From NCBI GenBank assembly GCA_951406725.2, contig OX597820.1:125984001-126048000 (forward strand): a stretch of DNA of 64,000 nt, given 5' to 3'. This document shows, piece by piece, positions 54,045-64,000 of this stretch (position 1 is its first letter; the number at the start of each line of letters is the position of its first letter). Under the pieces are notes generated by a model, which did no database searches, was not told where the DNA came from, and worked only from the letters and a program-made list of their open reading frames with translations. Both the position numbers and the translations under genes were made by a program. This DNA is from Octopus vulgaris (Eukaryota).

Positions 54045-55214
54045 ATAAATGGAGTTAAACGCAGATGTTATTCAAATTCTTTTACTTCCTCGGTTTGGTG
54101 TTGGCGTATAAATTAAAATTGGTATCGTTTATATCCTTACAACAAGATTTCGTGTCTACATTAGTAAAGGTAGAAAAAGATTGAATAGAATTATTATAGG
54201 TACCTTTCTCTGTATAACCTGCTTTAAGTAAGGCAGAGTTATACAATTCAGCCTTATGATTTATAATGTCAACAGTAGCAGATATCTTAGACAATCTAAA
54301 TGAAATATTCTTAACTAAGTTCCTAGCGATTGCCCTAGACTGATTACTGAATCGGCTAATATACTTAAGATTGGTCGATGGTTTGTGGTAGTGTCTCTGA
54401 AGTCAATTTCAACAGAATTAAGTTTATATCAAGTAACTCTAAAATTAAAAATTCTATATACCAGTGTAAAATTACTTCAGGTACCGATATCTTTTTTTAT
54501 ACAGGTAGCTCTTCTCAGTTATCTAAAAGAATTTATAATCATTACTATAATTTAGGGATATGAATAAACGTAACATTAGAGGACTTAGTAAATTAATTTG
54601 GTATCTAAAAGACTATAATAAACAATTTAATTTAGCCTATTTGATTCTCTCAATTTCGTTCCCTTATGATAAAGGCAAGGAATTTTGTCTTCTCTGTAAT
54701 TCTGAAATATGTCTTTATTCTTTTTTTCTAAAAGTACCCTTGTAAACACGGTTCAATGCTTACCGGCATTGGCAGAAACACACATTTGGTTCATATATGT
54801 GATATCTATCATTGTATATAATTTAAACATTGATTTTCTTCTTTCATTTCACTTTCACTAGATATATCTTTTTTCAAGACTTTAGGGTTTTATTTAATTT
54901 GCATATCGTTCTATACTTCTCATTTATTTGGTTTCTGATTTTTTTCTTTCCTTTACCTGTCCTCTTTCTATAGGCTACCTTTGATGTTATACCTATATAT
55001 TTTTTTTAAAAACACGTAATAGCGTTCAGTTCATCACTTTACTTATCCATCATATTCTGTTAAAATGTCTTATTGACGAGTTTTATTTCTTCATTTGCCT
55101 GAAGCGAAGATTACAGTGTTTTACACCATTTTATTCTTTTGGAATAATACCAATGATATCTTCGAAACATGTGTCGGAAGTAAAAGAATTTGAATTACAC
55201 CTGCGTTTAACTCC

Positions 55215-55220
<6 letters not shown>
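54045..55220. mobile_element. Inverted Penelope-like element: RT-thumb fragment (-), GIY-YIG endonuclease relic (+), 3' hammerhead, 45-bp terminal inverted repeat
   Basis: Minus YHKPSTNLKYISRFSNQSRAIARNLVKNISFRLSKIS...YNSALLKAGY. Plus IYQCKI...FYTGSS...KRIYNH...LSKLIWYLKD...FCLLCNSE. IR 54045-54089/55176-55220 (43/45). Confidence 0.9.
55088..55188 (+). ncRNA. Type I hammerhead motif of the PLE 3' end
   Basis: ttcttcatttgc-CTGAAGC-gaagat...atcttc-GAA-ACATGTGT-C-ggaagtaaaagaa. The triplet is GUC, and A9 is changed to C. Confidence 0.7.
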
Positions 55221-55298
<78 letters not shown>

Positions 55299-56353
55299 TA
55301 TATTTGCATATATATATAAAATTCATGAGTGTGTTTGTTTGTGTGTGTGTGTATGTATATATGTATAACTAAATGTGGTGGATCAATTCCTGCAATTAAG
55401 AAAACAAATTCATCCTAATATTTTATTCACTAAAATTATTTACTAAATTTTATATCTGTTTATATATCTATATGTATATGTGCGCGCGCATACTTTAGTG
55501 TTTGTGTAGTGTACCTGTGTGGCGGACTTGCTTCAATGAGTGCGCACATATGTGTGCTTAATGCGCAAACAAGTGATTTAGTTGCTCTGTTATGCAGTGA
55601 ACATATCTATAAATATAGACGATATTTTTATTTTTTTATTTCAATTTTAGGCCATTAATATATAAACATATACATATGCATTTTATCATAATAATAAAAA
55701 TGTATACGTGTCTGAGTTTCTTTTCTTAACAGAATATATCCATACACACATGCACACACTAACACGCTTAGACACAGACGTATATTGAGACTTACTAAGT
55801 ACAATGATAAAATATCCGTCTACACATATGTCTGTGTGTATATTTTTGTGTGTATGCATGTATGTTTGGGTATATGTGTGTTTATGCAAATGTGTGTGCG
55901 TGTGTCGTGTGTGTGTGTGTGTGTGTATGATTGTATGTGTGCGTACGCGTCTATATATGTCTGAGTGGATGTGTCTAATTTTTAATATCAGACTAGCGGA
56001 GCTGTTTATTCGTTTATTTACTATGTAACCTTTTCCTTTTCTTCCATTTTTCTTCGTGTCTTTCTTTCGTTTTGTTTCTTTTGTTTCTTTTTTTCTTTTT
56101 TCTTTTGTCTTTCTTGGTATCACGAGGAATTCAGCAAGCATCAAATTGATTCTTCCGATAGACTTGGCACCAAAAATGAATTTACGTGTAACCACTCCTC
56201 AGAAGTGTCAATACATAACATTCTCTGTGTCCATCCATGATTATAAAATATATCTCAAGAGTCTTCCCAATTATCTGTGTCTCTTACTTTTCCTCATTTT
56301 TAAAACTTTCCACCTTCACTCTTTCTCACTGTGTTTTATGTCTCTCTGTTATA

Positions 56354-56397
<44 letters not shown>

Positions 56398-56977
56398 CAT
56401 ACATGTGTGCGTGTGTGTTACTGTGTGCTTGGATATGTATATATATATATATATCATTCCCCTCGTGCTTCCCCTATCTTTCTCATCCAATTTCTCTCCC
56501 AGTCAGTCTTAACAAATAAAGCTTTTCATAAGATTTCATACAAGATTTTGTTTTGGTTTGTTTCTATTTTAATTATATCTGCATGTTCTTTTTTTGTCTT
56601 TTTTATTTATTTGGGGAGAATTTTCTTCATATTTTAAAGGTTAATAATGAAAGTTACAGCGGTTTTTTTTTTATATTATGTTATTATTTACAAGTCATCT
56701 CATATTTTCTAAGTTATGGCAGAATACACTGTAAATAATGTTACTGAATTATTCCTATTCTATAACAACTCTTACTGAGACAAGTTATATTAAGTTAGAT
56801 TATTTTATAATCGACCTTTGTCTAACTCGTACAAACAGATGAGAAGTTTAATTTCTATTTTTTTAATAATTAAGTTTACTAATAGATTCTGATAATAGAA
56901 TAAATGCCTCAAAACCCGGAGTCATGTGGTTGGTAAGTAAGCTACTTACCATACAGCCACTCTCGCACCTGTACATA

Positions 56978-57048
<71 letters not shown>

Positions 57049-57899
57049 GTACATACATGTGTATGTGTGTGAGTATGAACTGTGAATTTCCACGGAAAAA
57101 TCTCTCGGGGAATTCGTAAGGTGTGTCAAATTCAGATGTTAAAGTTCACCTTTCGTTTATGCTATTTGAATGCTTTCACGCGCTCATTCGTCTCATAATG
57201 ACAGAAACATCACAATTATCCCCATTTTCTCTTTTCCCTGAAAGTAATATCGTGAATGTGAAAACATTTTTCCATAAAGTCTCTTATTTAGTAATTAAAT
57301 ATTTATGTGTTATGTTGCTATATAAGATAATTTCATTAAATCCTTAATAATTTATGAGACAACCCGGTTCCAAACTAAAATTATAGATATTTGTTATTGG
57401 AAATATATCTGTGTTAAAATTTTGATTTGAGAAAATATGAATCCCACTCTCATAAAATTGTTTAAAAATTTAATTCTTTCACGAGTAAAACCTGCCAAAT
57501 TTCCATTTGTTTTGGCTGTGAAAGACTTAGAACTTCGGTTTCTAACTACTATTGAGATAGGGGAGGCGACGGGGCATGGGCGACATAAAAAGAAATCGAG
57601 AAAGTGAGCGGTGGAGACAGGATAGGATGTTGTGATGGGTTGAGTGGTAACGATGAAGATTAAGAGAAAAATTAAACGAAACAACGTGGCAATGATACAG
57701 ACAATAATCATACGCGTGCACATGCATACTTGCATACATACACACACACACATGCATGCATACATACATACATACATACATACATACATACATGCATACA
57801 TGCATGCATATAAAGATAGATAAAGAGCAACACTGATAGGATTATGAGAGGCCGAATGATGGTGACAGAGGCGTAAAGTCAGTCAAACTGCCTTTGAAT

Positions 57900-58720
57900 G
57901 TAATATTGTAACACTCAAACAACAACAGTAAGGGAAGAAATGTGTACACTCTGTGTGTACTCTAAACTCAGAGCAACAGTATCTTCAGAGTTGGAGAAGA
58001 ACTGCTGCGCAGGTACTACGAGCATACAGCTGTCTCGTGCGATCCGAAGGAGGCTGGTCTGGCCTACATAATCTGAAGATTGGAGGAGCAGCCATCATAA
58101 CAACAAAAAGGCAATGAATGGGTGCATATCCCGTAAGCTAGAGGATGACAACGTCGTTGACAGGAAGAGTAATTTCATCATGACCTGTGATAGATGCATC
58201 ATATTCTTTTGAGAAGGATATGCCTTCGCTATCCAAGAACAGGCGAAAGTAAATAAATACCTGATAAATACGAGAGACACAGATAGCCCCTAACCTCCAC
58301 ATTGTAATAGATTATGTCGGCTCTGCTTTACCATTGTGGACGATATCACCCACACTATCAGCAGCTGCTCCAAAATGTCTGCGAGATACTACCGTCTTCT
58401 GAGGCATGATATAGTTGCAAAGACTTTTTATAACATCATCTGCAGAAAGGATAGCTCTGACGTATACATCAAATGTATTTCCCAACCAGCATCTATTCAC
58501 ACGCTTAAAATCAACGAATACTGGTGGAACTCTCAAATAAAAACAATTCGGTGCAAACATAACTAACCTAATATTGGTCTGTGGGACAGGGATCAAAAGC
58601 CATGCACTGTTGAAGAGGCCGGCTGCTCGCCGAATGTGAATGTACCACCAAAAGTCTAGGAAAAAGATAACATGTTCAATTAAGGCGGAACTTAAAGCTC
58701 TTGTACCATGATTATAAATT
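57900..58720 (+). mobile_element. R4/Dong-like LINE fragment (CCHC knuckle + start of REL endonuclease)
   Basis: EGYAFAIQEQ...CRLCFTIVDDITHTISSC...LRHDIVAK...WWN..IKT..CKHN*PNI, with stops. Confidence 0.85.
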
Positions 58721-59026
58721 CTCTCGTAAATAAAACTCAAAGAAATACATACATACGTGTTTACAGACATACACTGAGAACTGTAATAGTCTTTAATGGT
58801 TTTATGTAAGCAGAATTTTAGTTAATGGCAAGAGAGGTGGTGGTGGTTTTTGTAAGTAGTAAGAAACTGAATGCGAACAGTTTGTTTTTTGTGAAATAAA
58901 TGTTTTAAAAAAGCAAATGATTTAACGCATCTATCTCAGTGCATATCATCGTCATCAAGGCTACAAACAACAAACATGCGACAACAGTCACAAGCAGCAA
59001 ATCACCATCATCATCAACATCATCAC

Positions 59027-59101
<75 letters not shown>

Positions 59102-61220
59102 TATCATCATTATCATCATCATCATCATCATAACTACTAGCACTGCCATATATCGTCATCATCACTTTTTAAAACGTTTTCTCTAGCTTTCTGTTTTTCT
59201 CTCCCCTTTCAGTTTCTTCCCTTACCTTTACACAAAAAAACTAGAGAGGAGTGAACGTACTATGGCATTAATATATAAATAATTCAGAAATATACGATAG
59301 ATGCACTAATCTGGTTTCTATAACATTAAGAGACAAAAAACTCTCCACTGCCTCTTCACCACATCTAATTAAACCTAGGAAATGAGCAATAAAGAACCCT
59401 TCCTTAAACATTCTAAGATCCCACATGCCCACGAATTACCAGTTCAATATCTTCCCTCGAATCGTTTATCTGGTATTTTTTTAAAGTTGTGTTTGAGCAA
59501 CACTAAACTTTGTGCTCGTGTTACTTTTCTTTCATTAATGATATGACTTACATCATTTTGAAAGTTATACCACTTGTTTACTACTTACGTTGTGTACATT
59601 TTTCAACTTTCCTTTTTTTTTTAAATTTAACTATTTCAGTAGCAACCGTCTGTGATACAACAACTTCAGCTTGGATGACTATTTGAAAAGATTAGATGTC
59701 TACTTCTAACCGATTATGAGAGAAAGCTGTTTTTCTGACAAGATTTCTATATAGTCACACTCGGTATGTGATTTTAATATCTTTCACATGAAAGAATCTA
59801 GAAAAGAAATTTTGAATTATATGAGTGATCGACCTTTCAAAGTACGATAATGTGCTGCTACTTGTGATATGAAGATAATAGCAATTGCTGTGAAGTGAAA
59901 TAAGGCCATTGCTGTATGCAAATCCATTGATGGAGAGCAACGAAGAGACAGACTGTTTAACTATTTTGTGAATACATTACGTATTTTCAAACTTGTTGGC
60001 AGCAGGGCTGAAGTAAACTTCATTTCCAGAGGAAATTCTGTCAACTTATCATGGCAAGTTGATTAGATATTTCTCAATTTTGCAAGCCAGCATGGAATCT
60101 AATTTTCCCTACAAAGTTCTTATTTTTATATTTCATTTTTTATTTTTTGTAAGTTTACTTCTTTAGAGATATTAAATATATATGTCGGGAATTGGATGTC
60201 ATCCTTGGTTGTAGTCTTCTTGGAGATCAACATGGTATTTGGAAATAACAGGACTTAAAATGGTTGGCATGTAAGATTCTAAATATCGTAGAGTAGAAAA
60301 AAATATATTTGTAGATTTACTGTCAATTAAATGGAATCTCAAAGCAGTAGAGAGAATGCAAAAAGAAAATACTTTTACAAAAGAATTTATTTCTGCCATC
60401 AGAAACTGCTTTTGTTACAGAAAATAAAATTTGTTTTTCCTTAAACACCACTAGAATATTCCATGAACATTTTTTTCAATAAAATCTTGATTTTCTTCTC
60501 TTTTTCACACTGAACAGTAAAGATGGATCGATATTAGAAGTTTTGTAAATTATTTCAGATTCCTTTAAGCGTATAATGACAAGTTTCACAAATACATAAT
60601 GCAGACTGATGTACCCAAACAATTCTTAGTTCTGAGGACTTGACTACAATACTGTGATGTACAAAGTAAGTACCTAACTAGTACCAGACGACTTTACTAG
60701 TCAGTCACTTTATCGAAATTATTTATCTTGGTAACAGTAATTGCTTTATTCATTTCGTTGACGTATCAATACTTCGGTTTTCATCGTCGATCTTGTTTTT
60801 CCATATCATTGTAGCATTTAACTTTCTAAGTAAGCACTCAGATCGATGGAATATTTAAGTAGCTATTGATAAATTTATTTTCTCCTCTCCTACCCAATTT
60901 GTATTCGATAGACGTCTCTAGATAAATCATTTGTGTATTGGTCACACGCCTGAAGATTATTGACTCAAACAATTTTGTTATTAGACTTAAAATGTTTAGT
61001 ACAGAATAAAGTAAATAACATTGCTGAGATACAATGTAGATAGAGTCACAAATAGAAAATATGTTCCGAAGAGGAGAAACCACTAATATTCCTTTCTTAT
61101 TGTCCCACTCAATTGACATTATGCCCTCATTATTTTTTTTTCAAAATTAAACATATTATTGCGTCTAAATTTAACAGGTTAGACCTTAATAAAATCTATA
61201 GAGATTTTCTCTTCTCTTCT

Positions 61221-61730
61221 CTATGACTGTGAAATGTGGCCTATGCGGGTGGTCGATCAACGAAGACTGGAAGTCTTCGACAATGACTGCCTCCGGTGCA
61301 TTCAGATGCCGTCGGGTGGATCGAGTTCCCACCGCTAATCTCCGACTTCGCCTATCTCTATGGCCCCTTCCAACTGTCCTTCTGCAACGGCGCTTCCGGT
61401 GGTTTGGCCATGCATGTAGGCGTCCGGTGGGTGAACTGAGCCGTGATTTCCTTCTCTCAACTCCACTTCCCAACTGACGGAAACGCGCGGGCGGGCAGCT
61501 GAAAACCTGGGCTAAGACGATCAAGGAGGACCTCTCCGTGCTCACGGGTCCGCGGGTGGTCGGTCTGCGCCGATGGAATCGTGACTGGCTCGCTATCTCC
61601 AGTGAACTGGCGCAGGACCGTCGTGCGTGGGCTGCCATGGCTCGAGATGCCTCGAGGGTGGTTGAAGAAGCCGACTCACCCCCACCCCCGCCCAGGGTGA
61701 ATGTCGCCACAAGTACAAGTAAAGTAAGTT
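61221..61730 (+). mobile_element. RTE-clade LINE 3' fragment
   Basis: YDCEMW..RRLEVFDNDCLR / LLQRRFRWFGHACRR / GGQLKTW..TIKEDL / LAQDRRAW. GC-rich, with tail acaagtacaagtaaagtaagt. Confidence 0.9.
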
Positions 61731-62461
61731 AATAAAGTCTTGATAAAATCTAGTTCCGTTTTAGATGTAAGCTTAGAATAAAGTCATTTTAGTTTACATG
61801 TTCAGTAAATTGTTAAAATATAAAGATATCTTGCAATTCACTTCGATATCTAACAAGTCAGGGTTTAACAAATCTGGAGTAGAAAGTTGTATTGACAAGT
61901 GTAACAGTCAAACAGTCAAAATAAAGTTTCAATTTCCTTTCAATTACATCTGTTTTTTCTTTCTACGTAAACTCATGCGTTTACAGATTTTTTTAATAAT
62001 GATATAATACTACTTATGTTTTGATTAATACGTGTATGCCAGTATACCACAATTGATGTATTTATATCTGAATGTATGTGTGTATGCATATATGTAGGTG
62101 TGCATGTGTGCTAACGTTTCAGCCAACTCACCAATGCTACATTTACTCTCGCATTGATTTTGCTTCTGATATCTAATGCATGGAAATATTACTGGACTCA
62201 GGTATGAGTTTTAACTAATAGACATTTGCAATTGAGTATGTTTTGTTGTAATTTCAGAACTAATGAACACTTAATATAAAATCATTACACTTGAGAGGGT
62301 TGAGCACCTAAATATTTTTGCTTCACTTCATCTAAATTGTTTATATTTTTTGAAAAAAAAAATAGGAAAACTTTTAATGATGCAATTCAGAACTCCTGCT
62401 TGAAGCCAAATATACTTTTCATCCAATGAAAAATATCTCTCAATCGAATTTAGAAGACAGT

Positions 62462-62760
<299 letters not shown>

Positions 62761-64000
62761 CATATACACTAACAGTTGCCTTAGATACGAAGAACCCTCC
62801 TAAGTATCCACTGTTTTCTGAAGCTGCACTAAACTGGGTTTATGTCTATTTCCCCCTTTTCCATCTGTTCAGATCATTAGGGATAGATCCCAATTCACCT
62901 ATAACTACCGGGATACATTTTACACGCACTTTCCATGGTCTCTGTAACTTTCCATGGTCCTGCTACTTTGCTGTTTTTCTATACTTCTCATATATTTTGT
63001 TTTTCATTATTTGCGACAGTAAAGTCACTTATCTGCCACATTCTATCCTCTTTATCAACTAATATAAAATCAGGCCTTCTAACATTTATTACTCTGTCAG
63101 TCTGAATGCTAAAGTCCCGCAACCTCTTGTACTTCTTATTTTCTAGTACTTTACTAGGTTCATGTTCATACCATTTATAAGTATGTTCAAATCCTAGATT
63201 TCTACAAAGCTTCCAGTGGATTGCCCTCCCTACATTGCCATGTCTTTCTGTATACTTTCTGTGCCAGCATGCTACATTCACTTACTATATGAGTAACGTG
63301 TCCTCTTTTGACTTGCATAACATACATTGGGAATCTACTTGGTTTTTGTCCATTTTGGCTTTTATCCAATTAGTCCTTAATGCTATTCTTGTGCAGCTAC
63401 TAACAAACTTTCTGTATCCCTCTTCAACTTACCCTTCTGCAGCCATAACTATGTTTCACTATTATTTGCTGACACTGTCTTCGGGAATCTACCATTCACC
63501 GCCTTGCTCCTGCTAGTCAGGATTTTCTGATTTTAAACTGCGTTTGAGTTCTTGGCTTCCCTATGTCTTGCTGTAACTATAGCAGCTTTTAATAAACTTT
63601 CTTTGCTATTACCTACATAGGAGTCTATATCTACTCTAGCCAATTCCACGCAATCTTTCACTTAAACCTCTTCCACATTCTGCTGTAGGTAGGTATAACA
63701 TTGCTACACTTACCCTTGGGTAGAGTCCTCCGTTCGTATTGAATTCCTTGCTTGTTCTTCTGTCTAGCTTTGCTAATTCAGCGTTTTTCCACTCTGAAAA
63801 AGCTGCTGAATATCTAAGTAATGATACTGCCCAAGTATTTGCAGCCCTTAATAGATTCGGATAAAGAAATAACCATTTAGCTTTGACTTCATTAGCTTCC
63901 TCACCGTTCTGATGTACTCCTTCTTAATTTTCGTTTTTATTTCTGTAGTTAATAGTCTGTCAGATTCTAATACTCTTAGATACTAATAACTCCCTCTTCC
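62761..64000 (-). mobile_element. R4/Dong-like LINE 3' part (RT thumb to REL endonuclease) ending in (TAA)n; continues beyond window
   Basis: ANTWAVSLLRYSA...LDRRT...LYLP...GRGL, YTERHGNVGRAIHWKLC...WYEHEP...DFSIQTDR...RRPD and CIPVVIGELG. Abuts the ATT array. Confidence 0.9.

Noticed and set aside
59755-60399. Minus-strand ORFs with hydrophobic starts
   Set aside because: Short, with no recognisable domain or convincing splice structure.

Overview
AT-rich, microsatellite-saturated eukaryotic non-coding DNA. The SINE families and repeat landscape look like a cephalopod (probably Octopus) genome, but this is pattern recognition, not a database result. No host gene can be called with confidence: most listed ORFs are microsatellite translations, and only three weak exon candidates exist. 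The window is a mosaic of mobile elements: tRNA-derived SINEs, one intact 554-aa CR1-type RT ORF, an RTE 3' end, several R4/Dong-like (REL endonuclease) LINE fragments, some sitting in (TAA)n, Penelope-like (PLE) RT/GIY-YIG relics, Tc1/mariner, MULE and Helitron relics, and many long fold-back elements. The main signal is more than ten type I hammerhead-ribozyme (HHR)-like motifs, from near-canonical to decayed, in several unrelated small elements that mostly sit in (TA)n. In two elements a terminal inverted repeat starts at, or within 2 nt of, the predicted self-cleavage site. One HHR lies in the apparent body of a tRNA-headed SINE. Together these suggest a diverse system of ribozyme-processed, PLE-mobilised non-autonomous retroelements.
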